From Terriglobales bacterium (GTDB lineage Bacteria; Acidobacteriota; Terriglobia; Terriglobales; Acidobacteriaceae): a DNA stretch of 46,449 nucleotides. The stretch spans positions 1-46,449 of the forward strand of contig DATEBK010000382.1 in NCBI GenBank assembly GCA_035287825.1, written 5' to 3'. A model generated the notes under the pieces. It saw nothing but the letters and a program-made list of their open reading frames with translations. It made no database searches and was not told the origin of the DNA. Shown one piece after another: positions 17,765 through 26,538 of this stretch. Position 1 is the first letter of the stretch, and each line of letters begins with the position of its first letter. A program made the position numbers and the translations under genes.

Positions 17765-18409
17765 TCACTCTTTCGGAAAATTCGGGTCTGCCTTCACTTC
17801 TTCGATCTGTTTGGTATGCCGCTCGGAATGCGCCGAGATCAGCAAAATCCACTGATACGCATCGAGTGGCCCCAGCAGCGGATGGGGGTAGATGTGATCG
17901 CGAAGGTCGTCGTTGGTGGTCCTCACGTAATCCATCGTGGCCATGCGTTCCTGCTCGAAAGTCTTGACAAGTTCCGCTTGAGTTGCCCAGCGGCTGGTGG
18001 GTTTCAGCATTTCTGGAGCCTGTACTTTATGGCTGCGGTCGGGAATCAGCGTCAGAATCTGCTGATCCGTCACTTTCACATCGGCGCGTTTGTCGGGCGT
18101 TGCTGCGGAGGTCATCATCTTTTGCGTTACCAGCCCGAAGATTGTCGATTCGGAAATTGTGATGTGCTCTGACACTTCGGCGACAGACCAGCGGTCGGGA
18201 GCCGGCTTGAACCTCCACTGTTTCTCCGATAATCCCGCGATGGACTTTAGAAATGCGTCGTGGGTGGCTTGCAGATTCTGGAGCGCGGCCTGGCGCTCCG
18301 CAGGCGTGAGCGGAGTGGGCGCAGGAGCCGGAACCGTTTGGCCAATCGCGGCTAGCGTAATCGTGAGGACGAGGCACAGATATGCCAGGTGTTGCCAGAG
18401 AATTTTCAT
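17765..18409 (-). CDS. DinB-family (DinB_2) metal-dependent protein with signal peptide
   Basis: I prefer the ATG at 18409 (MKILWQHLAYLCLVLTITLAAIGQ). DinB-type His motifs are WSVAEVSEHI and SAHSERHTKQI. The upstream part of track ORF 17765-18604 is Arg/Cys-rich junk. Confidence 0.8.
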   Translation of the reverse strand: MKILWQHLAYLCLVLTITLAAIGQTVPAPAPTPLTPAERQAALQNLQATHDAFLKSIAGLSEKQWRFKPAPDRWSVAEVSEHITISESTIFGLVTQKMMTSAATPDKRADVKVTDQQILTLIPDRSHKVQAPEMLKPTSRWATQAELVKTFEQERMATMDYVRTTNDDLRDHIYPHPLLGPLDAYQWILLISAHSERHTKQIEEVKADPNFPKE

Positions 18410-18494
18410 TTGTAGCCCCTCTGAGATTCGAATCGCGGTCTGACGATTATGCGGGGCGAAGCGGCAAAGCGCAAATCGTTTTGCTCGAGCTGGC

Positions 18495-18641
18495 TTACTC
18501 GAACCAGCCACTGCGGTAAGCGATCCACCACGAAACGTAAACGATTGGGATCGTCGCACCCACAGCCCACCACAACGGAAGCACCACATCGGCGAGCAGC
18601 CCAAGCACGGTCATCGACCCCCAAAAGATCTTGCGCTCCAT
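18495..18641 (-). CDS. small Trp-rich hydrophobic membrane protein, 48 aa; absent from supplied ORF track
   Basis: Hand translation: MERKIFWGSMTVLGLLADVVLPLWWAVGATIPIVYVSWWIAYRSGWFE, ending at TAA. Third codon positions rarely carry A. It is co-oriented between the 99-aa ORF and DinB. The Shine-Dalgarno is weak (AGG only). Confidence 0.45.
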   Translation of the reverse strand: MERKIFWGSMTVLGLLADVVLPLWWAVGATIPIVYVSWWIAYRSGWFE

Positions 18642-18765
18642 ACCTGGATTGTAAGTCTTTCGCGTCGCGTGCAAGCCCGTTTTAGCGGACTGCAGAAAAA
18701 CTTCAGTTTTGTATCGAAAGTGTCTGCCAATCGCAGAAGATCGGCTCGGCCAAATCTTGCTCGAC

Positions 18766-19065
18766 TCACACCTTGCGCTTGAGTTCTTCCATCACGCTCT
18801 GAATCAGCTCTTTAGCGTCGGTAAGATTCTTCATGATGAGCTGAATATCCATCACCGGCTTGCCCGGCCAGCGCTGGCTCTGGCAGTAAACGCCATGCTG
18901 GCCGACCAGCGCCATCGCGTCTGTCACAAGATCCATGGTGACGGCGAGACGTCCGCGGGGTACGCCCATGCGCGTTTCGAAATTTTCGAGTTCTTCCTGC
19001 TTCTCGTTGAACACGGCCATCCACAGATTGTAGCCGGGATGTGGGTATAATTCAGCAGACACCAA
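18766..19065 (-). CDS. hypothetical protein, 84-99 aa
   Basis: GTG start at 19065 with an AAGG upstream; an alternative ATG lies at 19020. Product MAVFNEKQEELENFETRMGVPRGRLAVTMDLVTDAMALVGQHG... belongs to no family I recognise. Confidence 0.5.
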   Translation of the reverse strand: MVSAELYPHPGYNLWMAVFNEKQEELENFETRMGVPRGRLAVTMDLVTDAMALVGQHGVYCQSQRWPGKPVMDIQLIMKNLTDAKELIQSVMEELKRKV

Positions 19066-19152
19066 TTAGCCTTGCGCCATGCGCCGAAACGAAAATGTTT
19101 TGGCTGAGTGCTAACGGTAAGTGCTAAGCGCTATCCCAGGAGGAACAAATAA

Positions 19153-19710
19153 ATGATGAAGAAGTTTGCCTTAATTGCAGCTTTACTCTTTACGGTCGCA
19201 ACCCTTGCTTCGGCGCAGATGGGCGATTCGAAGGATAAATCCAAACGTCCCAGCCCGCCCGCCAGTGCGACCTGCAAGTTTTCTGATGGAAAGACCGTCA
19301 AGATCGACTATTCCAGCCCTCGTGCAAAAGGACGAAAGATTTTCGGCGAGTCGAGCGAGGGAGCACTGGTTCCCTACGGCCAAGTCTGGCGCACCGGCGC
19401 GAATGAATCGACCACCTTCGTCACCGATGCCAATCTGACCATCGGAGGCAAGTCGATTCCTGCCGGCAGCTACACCATCTTTACCGTCCCCAAGGCCGAC
19501 CAATGGTGGCTGGTTATCAGCAAGAAAACCGGCGAGTGGGGAACTGACTATCCCGGCGAGAAAGAAGATCTGGCGCGCGTGCCAATGAAAGTGTCGCAGA
19601 ACGGCCCGCCGGTTGAAAATTTCCTGATCGCCTTCGATCAGGCCGGCAACAACTGTACCCTGCGCATGGAGTGGGCAACGAGCATCGCCAGCGTCGACAT
19701 CACGAAGTAG
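19153..19710 (+). CDS. DUF2911 domain-containing secreted protein
   Basis: Signal peptide MMKKFALIAALLFTVATLASAQ. DYSSPRAKGRKIFGESSEGALVPYGQVWRTGANESTTF is the characteristic DUF2911 core. An AGGAGG Shine-Dalgarno lies upstream. Confidence 0.8.
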   Translation: MMKKFALIAALLFTVATLASAQMGDSKDKSKRPSPPASATCKFSDGKTVKIDYSSPRAKGRKIFGESSEGALVPYGQVWRTGANESTTFVTDANLTIGGKSIPAGSYTIFTVPKADQWWLVISKKTGEWGTDYPGEKEDLARVPMKVSQNGPPVENFLIAFDQAGNNCTLRMEWATSIASVDITK

Positions 19711-19747
19711 AGACGGCCTTTGCTCCGATCGACATAGCAATCCGGTG

Positions 19748-19769
19748 GAGACGCGGCGATCCGCGTCTC
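19748..19769 (+). terminator. perfect 9-bp hairpin GAGACGCGG-cgat-CCGCGTCTC after the DUF2911 gene
   Basis: It starts 38 nt after the stop at 19710. There is no U-tract (tgccgg follows), so it may be a non-canonical terminator or an RNA stability element. Confidence 0.3.
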
Positions 19770-19804
19770 TGCCGGAGTCATCCTCCGCGCTATACTGACA
19801 ATCG

Positions 19805-20068
19805 ATGCGGCCGATGCTGCGCTTTCTCTGGAATTCCACTCGTGGGCACCGCATTGCGCCTTGGCGCAGTCCCTATCTTCTATGGCGCATCGAAACCTTT
19901 ACCGGCGTCAAGATGACCCAGATCGGTTTCCTCGAATTCTGGGAATTTGTGTGGACCGAACGCGTCAGTCTGTGGCGCTTTCTAAAGTGGACGGCGGAAA
20001 TGGATCACTATATCCATCTGACTGCAGGGAACCAGCACGCAGTTCCCAGTTTCCAGAAAAAGCCGTGA
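19805..20068 (+). CDS. Trp/Arg-rich hypothetical protein, 87 aa
   Basis: MRPMLRFLWNSTRGHRIAPWRSPYLLWRIETFTGVKMTQIGFLEFWEFVWTERVSLWRFLKWTAEM... has no obvious Shine-Dalgarno. A TATACT lies 9 nt upstream of the ATG. Function unknown. Confidence 0.45.
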   Translation: MRPMLRFLWNSTRGHRIAPWRSPYLLWRIETFTGVKMTQIGFLEFWEFVWTERVSLWRFLKWTAEMDHYIHLTAGNQHAVPSFQKKP

Positions 20069-20099
20069 CTCGCTGACGCTGGCAACTGGGTACTCGCTT

Positions 20100-20927
20100 T
20101 CATCCTCCCATCACCACATTCACTTCGCTGCCTTTACCCGCGCCCAGCAGTTGATTGGCGGATCCTCGATTGGCGGCAATCTCCAGAAAACCCATGCTGC
20201 CTAAAATCCCGAAAACCTCGCCGGGAGTGCCTTCGGCATAATTCGTGCAGATGCGTGTCGCAGGCGCTTTCGCTCCAATCGTGATTTTGAACGCTGGCGG
20301 CGTCGCTCCGAATAGCTGGGGCGCGTCTTTTGGAGTGATGTTCGTGATGAGGTTGCCAAAACGGTCCACCTTCAGTACCACGCCGCGTAGTGTGCGCTCA
20401 TCAACTGGCTTGGGACGCGGTGCGCCGAAACGCACGTAATCCGTAATCTCTTCACCGAAGCGGTCGGCCTCCACTCCTTTAGCAAGATACGCGGCGATCG
20501 GCGAAAAGATATCGCGCGCATGGAACGTATTGCTGAGCGGCTGCAGAAAGTAATGTTCGGCGGTGATGTGGCGAACGGACTTGCGTTCCTCGCGGTCGTA
20601 TATGAGCGAAAGCACGCCGTTATCGGGAGCCACAAAAAGGTGGCGCTCACCCGTCATCATCACCGGCCGCCGCGCCGTTCCCACTCCCGGATCGACGATA
20701 ACCATGTGCACCGTGCCGGAAGGGAAGTACGAGTAAGCCTGCGAGATGGTTAGCGCGCCATCCAGAATATCGAATGGTTGCACCGCATGGCTGATGTCGA
20801 CGATCTGCGCATCGGGAGCAATCTCGAATATCACGCCTTTCATCGCGCCGATGAAATGATCGTTGAGTCCGAAATCGGTGGTCAGAGTGATGATAGAAGT
20901 GCGTGCCAAATCGTTACCTCGTGGCAA
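20100..20927 (-). CDS. SAM hydrolase / SAM-dependent halogenase family protein (DUF62, S-adenosyl-L-methionine hydroxide adenosyltransferase-like)
   Basis: IITLTTDFGLNDHFIGAMKGVI near the N-terminus, plus VIVDPGVGT, are characteristic of the DUF62 family. The start is TTG 20927 or TTG 20909. Confidence 0.85.
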   Translation of the reverse strand: MPRGNDLARTSIITLTTDFGLNDHFIGAMKGVIFEIAPDAQIVDISHAVQPFDILDGALTISQAYSYFPSGTVHMVIVDPGVGTARRPVMMTGERHLFVAPDNGVLSLIYDREERKSVRHITAEHYFLQPLSNTFHARDIFSPIAAYLAKGVEADRFGEEITDYVRFGAPRPKPVDERTLRGVVLKVDRFGNLITNITPKDAPQLFGATPPAFKITIGAKAPATRICTNYAEGTPGEVFGILGSMGFLEIAANRGSANQLLGAGKGSEVNVVMGG

Positions 20928-21015
20928 GAAAAATCAAGACTTACTCGAAGTATCGAATGCCGCACCGTAGCGCGTCAAGGCAAGTACGTACTCCAGTTCG
21001 CGAGCCGCCAATAAC

Positions 21016-23565
21016 TCAGTGCGAAAGTCGCGCTCTTTCCGCAAGAAAGTCGTCCTGGCATTTTTTCGCCGCCACCAGCAATTGCTTGTATTCGGGCATA
21101 TCTCGCAGCGAGACCAGCAGAGCGTCCTTCTGCAAGGCCTGATAGATGCAATAGTGCCCCGTAATCGAAGACTCGAGTAACCTCACCGCTTCTTCTTTCT
21201 GGCCGCAGAAGGCCATCAGGGTTCCCGAAATGTATCGGCCCTCCGGATCGGGATTGCCCATCAACTCGGGTGCGATTTCGCGGGCGATCCGACCCACCTC
21301 AGCGGACGGCGATTGCGTGGGCGACCGAAGGTCAGAACAGGCGTCGGAAAGCGGCTTCCTGGGATTACCTGCTGGTGCCTGCTGCTCCGCCTCGCGGGCC
21401 TCCGCCAGTTTTCCAGCTCTCCATAACACGTACACGATGGATCCCCTGTACCACTCCGATCCTGCGTCAAGACGCATGAAGTCAAGCGCGCCCTCGACGT
21501 CTCCCGAGGCTGCAAAAGCGATCGAGCAGGAGCGCAAGCCAAAGTTTCCTGGGTCTTTCGACCGTGCGATCTCGCACTCTCGTGCGGACTCGTCGAGCAA
21601 CCCGGCATAGCGCAGCACGTAACTGCGCGCGAAGTGCGCGAAAGAGGAGTTCGGTGCGCGCTTCACCAGATCGTCAGCGTCCATGCTCGCCTTGGCTAGT
21701 TCGCCTCGTTCCACCCGATTGGCGATGTTCTGCACCGCTGCCTCGACGAGGTTTGGATCGAGAGTCAGCGCCCGCTGCAGTGCGGTGTTTGATTTCTGGA
21801 ACGCCGCTTCGCCTCCGTCCGAATACTGCGAGTCCCAATAGTAGCGGAGGCCCAGCTCGCTCCACGCCGGTGCATAAGTCGGGTCGAGGCTGACGACGCG
21901 CTCCAGCGTTGCAATGGCTTCTTTGTTCGGAGCGGCGTCCCGCCCCTGAGCCAGGCTGCGCAGGTAGAGGTCGTAGGCTTCTTCATTCTTGGGACGAGTG
22001 CCCGTTTCTGTCGTGTCGGTGCCCGCGCCCAGCGCCGGAACCAGTCCCTGCCGGACTTTCTCTGCGATCTGTCCGCGCATGGCAATCATGTCGGGAGCGG
22101 CGACGTTCAGAGTGTCGCGCCACAGCGTTCGGTTGTTTTCCACATCGATCGCTTCCAGCGTGATCTGCAACTGGTCGCCCTCTTTCAGGTAATGACCGGT
22201 GACAATGTCGGTGACGCGCATCTCGCGTCCCGCCTGCTGCAGGTCAAGGCCCGCGGCCGCGTACTTGCTAGTCGTTGCAAAAGGACGGATCGACAGTGTA
22301 TGCACATAGCTCAGCGCCGTCGCGATTTCGTCCGGCATAGCGAGACTGAGAAAATCGACCGCCTTATCGCCGCCGACATTCTGAAACGGAAGAACTGCAA
22401 CCGTGGTCGGCGCAGCCGAGCCTTTCGCCCGATCCGCATGTTGCCGCGACTGCGGGAACAATGACTGCCAGTAGAAAATGCCCACTGCGACCAATGCGAT
22501 CGCCGCGACCAGCCCAGCGATCATCCCATAAGAGATCTTTCGTGCTGGAGTTGCAACCGCGCTGGAAGTGCTTGGTGCGCGATGCGTAGCCGAACTCGCC
22601 GCTCCACTAGCCGCGGCAATCGAGCTTCCGGATACTTCGTTTTCGCCGCCTGCGACAGCAGTCAGTGTTCGTGAAGTGTCCGTGTCGCGCTTCAGCCGTT
22701 GCAGGTCGCTCCGCATTTCAGATGCGTGCTGGTAACGCAAGTTGCGGTCTTTCTCCAGCGCCTTGTTGATGATGTCTTCCAGTTTGGCCGGGACATCCCG
22801 GTTCAGCCGCACCACTGCGACCGGCGGGCGATTCATGATGGCTTCGCAAATGACCGCCGAGCTTTCTCCGCGGAAAGGCACGTCGCCGGTCGCCATCTCA
22901 TACAGCACCGCGCCGAAAGAAAACAAGTCAGTGCGGGCATCGAGCTCGCGCGCCCGAACTTGCTCCGGCGACATATAGGCGACCGTGCCGACCATGGTGC
23001 CCGGACTGGTAAGGTGGGCCGTGTCCATCGTCAGAGCGGCTCCCTGCGTCGATCCCAGAGTGTCCTTCGATGAGCCCCGCGCGTCGGCAACCTTCGCCAG
23101 GCCAAAATCGAGAACCTTGGCGTGGCCCCGCTTGGTCACAAATATATTTGCGGGCTTGATGTCGCGGTGGATAATTCCTTCCGCGTGCGCTGCGTCGAGC
23201 GCGTCCGCAATCTCAATTGCCAGCGCGAGCAGCGTCTCGCTATCCATGGGACGGCCCATGACCATGTGCTTCAGCGTCATGCCGTCCAGATATTCCATGG
23301 CGATGAAACGCCTCGCCTTCTCCGCTGGACCGTACTCGCCAATCTCGTAAATTGTGCAAATATTCGGATGGTTCAGCGCCGAGGCGGCGCGGGCTTCGCG
23401 GCGAAAGCGTTCCAGCGCCTGTGCATCTTGCGCGACATCGTCCGGCAGAAATTTCAGCGCGACAAAGCGCCCCAGTGACGTGTCTTCGGCTTTGTAGACA
23501 ACGCCCATGCCGCCGCCGCCCAGCTTTTCGACGATGCGGTAGTGCGAAATGGTTTCGCCGATCAT
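21016..23565 (-). CDS. membrane Ser/Thr protein kinase with extracytoplasmic TolB-N/LpoB-like and TPR domains (849 aa)
   Basis: Hanks kinase motifs [26 protein letters not shown] and SPEQ. One TM segment ([19 protein letters not shown]). Then [13 protein letters not shown]... followed by TPR-like repeats. Confidence 0.92.
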   Translation of the reverse strand: MIGETISHYRIVEKLGGGGMGVVYKAEDTSLGRFVALKFLPDDVAQDAQALERFRREARAASALNHPNICTIYEIGEYGPAEKARRFIAMEYLDGMTLKHMVMGRPMDSETLLALAIEIADALDAAHAEGIIHRDIKPANIFVTKRGHAKVLDFGLAKVADARGSSKDTLGSTQGAALTMDTAHLTSPGTMVGTVAYMSPEQVRARELDARTDLFSFGAVLYEMATGDVPFRGESSAVICEAIMNRPPVAVVRLNRDVPAKLEDIINKALEKDRNLRYQHASEMRSDLQRLKRDTDTSRTLTAVAGGENEVSGSSIAAASGAASSATHRAPSTSSAVATPARKISYGMIAGLVAAIALVAVGIFYWQSLFPQSRQHADRAKGSAAPTTVAVLPFQNVGGDKAVDFLSLAMPDEIATALSYVHTLSIRPFATTSKYAAAGLDLQQAGREMRVTDIVTGHYLKEGDQLQITLEAIDVENNRTLWRDTLNVAAPDMIAMRGQIAEKVRQGLVPALGAGTDTTETGTRPKNEEAYDLYLRSLAQGRDAAPNKEAIATLERVVSLDPTYAPAWSELGLRYYWDSQYSDGGEAAFQKSNTALQRALTLDPNLVEAAVQNIANRVERGELAKASMDADDLVKRAPNSSFAHFARSYVLRYAGLLDESARECEIARSKDPGNFGLRSCSIAFAASGDVEGALDFMRLDAGSEWYRGSIVYVLWRAGKLAEAREAEQQAPAGNPRKPLSDACSDLRSPTQSPSAEVGRIAREIAPELMGNPDPEGRYISGTLMAFCGQKEEAVRLLESSITGHYCIYQALQKDALLVSLRDMPEYKQLLVAAKKCQDDFLAERARLSH

Positions 23566-23608
23566 CGGTCAGATTTTGAACGTGTCATCCGAAAGTGGCG
23601 CCGAATTC

Positions 23609-24067
23609 CTACTCCTCATCCAGATATTCCTCGGGGACGTCGTCTTCGGGCACTTCATGCGTGTGTACTTCTCTCTCGTCGTGTTCGTCGGCATCCTCAA
23701 CGCCTCCCACCACTCCGGCTTCGAATGCGTTTCCTTCTTCCACCAATTCGTCAACGCTCTCCGAATCCGCGCTTTCGGTGTTAGACAAGCCCTGCAAATC
23801 TCCTGATTCTTCGGTTGACCGCCGCGCCGGAAGCTCCAGGTCGAATTCTGCGTCGCCCCTCTGCTTCTTCGTACTCGCAGCTTTCTTCTGCGCTGCCTTC
23901 TTCACGACCTTCTTTGGAGCCGTGCGTTTTTTCGCAATGATCCGCTTCTTCGCCGGCTTCTTCGCAGCTTTCTTTTTCGGCGTCGCCTTCTTGATACCCT
24001 TTACCTTACGCGCCGCCGGTTTCTTGGACTTCTTCGTCTTCTTGGCAGGTTTTCTTTTGTTAGCCAT
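23609..24067 (-). CDS. bipartite histone-H1-like Lys/Ala-rich protein with a strongly acidic C-terminal half (152 aa)
   Basis: MANKRKPAKKTKKSKKPAARKVKGIKKATPKKKAAKKPAKKR... (about 70 aa of KKxA repeats), then ...ESADSESVDELVEEGNAFEAGVVGGVEDADEHDEREVHTHEVPEDDVPEEYLDEE. Its stop lies 43 nt upstream of the kinase start on the same strand. Confidence 0.7.
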   Translation of the reverse strand: MANKRKPAKKTKKSKKPAARKVKGIKKATPKKKAAKKPAKKRIIAKKRTAPKKVVKKAAQKKAASTKKQRGDAEFDLELPARRSTEESGDLQGLSNTESADSESVDELVEEGNAFEAGVVGGVEDADEHDEREVHTHEVPEDDVPEEYLDEE

Positions 24068-24132
24068 GGGCGAAGTCTAGCACTGCTCCTTGCCGCCAGC
24101 CAAACCGACCGATTCATTAAGTTTCCAAAATC

Positions 24133-24160
24133 CGACTTCGAGTTTCCGGCATCGAAGTCG
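24133..24160. promoter_or_regulatory. perfect 9-bp inverted repeat (CGACTTCGA-n10-TCGAAGTCG) in a divergent promoter region
   Basis: It lies between the H1-like/kinase operon (start 24067, minus strand) and the aldo/keto reductase gene (start 24192, plus strand), 32 nt upstream of the latter. Confidence 0.3.
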
Positions 24161-24170
24161 CATGGAGTAG

Positions 24171-25088
<918 letters not shown>

Positions 25089-25328
25089 CTCAGAAGCTGG
25101 CCAGACAAGACCACGCTGATGCGAGGGAACGTCAGAGAGGCCATCAGACTTGAAGAGTGCTGCCATTCACCAGTACTGGGCTTGATATTGTCCAACGCCT
25201 GAGAGATCATTGGCATCCGCACTTAGGTCGACCGCCCGTGTAAAATGCCGTACCTGAACATTTGGCACGAGCGATGCGGGGATTGCTATCTCGATTGCGA
25301 TGGCAAGGCAGGTACACCGAGGTGGAAG

Positions 25329-26534
25329 ATGCACTCTCTATCGAAACACAAGGTCGTAATCGGAGTAGTGCTTTGCTTGATCGTGGTCGGCGCGATCGTT
25401 GCTGCCGTGCTTCCGTCAAAGCATGCATCAGGGGCGCAGTCTGGCACGCCACTTGTCGAAGTCCTGCAGGTCGAACAGAAAGACGTTCCGATTTATGGGG
25501 AGTGGATCGGCACTTTCGACGGACTCGTCAACGCCGATGTTCGCGCGCAAGTTTCAGGCTACCTGCTTGAGCAGGGATATCAGGAAGGCGCGTATGTCAA
25601 GAAGGGTCAGCTTCTGTTCCAGATCGACCCGCGTCCGTTTCAAGCCGTGCTCGACCAGGCTCAAGGGCAGCTAGCGCAAGCGACCGCACAACTCGCCAAT
25701 GCCGAAGCCGTCCAGCGCCGCACCGAGCTCGATGTCAACCGTTACACGCCGCTGGCAAAAGAGCAGGCTGCCAGCCAACAGGATCTTGACAACGCCGTCC
25801 AGAACAATCTCGCCGCTATAGCCACGGTCCAAACCGCCAAGGCCCAGATTCAGACCTATGCAGCCACAGTTGAAACGGCAAAGATCAATCTCAGCTTTAC
25901 CCGGCTCGTTGCGCCCATCGACGGCATCGCCGGACAAGCCCAACTTCAGGTGGGCGCTCTGGTCAGTCCCAGCAGCGGCCCCGTCACCTCGGTTTCTACT
26001 GTCGAGCCTATCAAAGTTTATTTCACCGTCAGCGAGCCTCAATATCTCGCGTGGCGCAAGCGCTTTCCCACCGACGCTACTCGTCTTGAGGCCGACAAGA
26101 ATCTTCGCCTTCAACTGACTCTGGCCGATGGCTCCATCTATCCCCACGACGGAACCTTCTATTTTGCCGACCGCCAGGTCAACGAGAGCACCGGTGCAAT
26201 TCGCATTGCCGGGTTGTTCCCCAATCCGGGAAACGTTCTTCGGCCCGGAGGTTACGCCAAAGTGCGTGCCGTGATCCGTCTGCAGAAAGATGCGCTGGTC
26301 GTGCCGCAGCGCGCGGTCTCAGAACTGCAGGGCGGATACCAGGTGGCTGTCGTCGATAGCGAAAACAAAGTCAGCATTCGTACCGTCACCGTCGGCGACC
26401 AGGTTGGCAAAGACTGGGTGATCGCCGACGGCCTGAACCGTGGTGACCGCATCGTTGCCGAGGGCGTCCAGAAAGTACGCGCGGGCGCGCACGTGAACCC
26501 CAAGCCGTTTGTCACCCAGACGAAGGGAGACTAG
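25329..26534 (+). CDS. efflux RND transporter periplasmic adaptor (membrane fusion) subunit
   Basis: ATG 25329 has a GAGGTGGAAG Shine-Dalgarno. TM anchor [20 protein letters not shown], a coiled-coil hairpin, and [12 protein letters not shown], typical of the AcrA/HlyD_D23 family. Confidence 0.9.
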   Translation: MHSLSKHKVVIGVVLCLIVVGAIVAAVLPSKHASGAQSGTPLVEVLQVEQKDVPIYGEWIGTFDGLVNADVRAQVSGYLLEQGYQEGAYVKKGQLLFQIDPRPFQAVLDQAQGQLAQATAQLANAEAVQRRTELDVNRYTPLAKEQAASQQDLDNAVQNNLAAIATVQTAKAQIQTYAATVETAKINLSFTRLVAPIDGIAGQAQLQVGALVSPSSGPVTSVSTVEPIKVYFTVSEPQYLAWRKRFPTDATRLEADKNLRLQLTLADGSIYPHDGTFYFADRQVNESTGAIRIAGLFPNPGNVLRPGGYAKVRAVIRLQKDALVVPQRAVSELQGGYQVAVVDSENKVSIRTVTVGDQVGKDWVIADGLNRGDRIVAEGVQKVRAGAHVNPKPFVTQTKGD

Positions 26535-26538
26535 CCCG

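Noticed and set aside
18427-18433. TTCGAAT string resembling a tRNA T-loop
   Set aside because: The flanks (gaga/cgcg) cannot form a T-stem, and no acceptor or anticodon arms are present. It is not a tRNA.
25170-25179. 10-bp perfect palindrome CCAGTACTGG upstream of the RND operon as an operator
   Set aside because: 10-bp palindromes are expected roughly 45 times per 46 kb by chance, and there is no supporting second site or conserved context.
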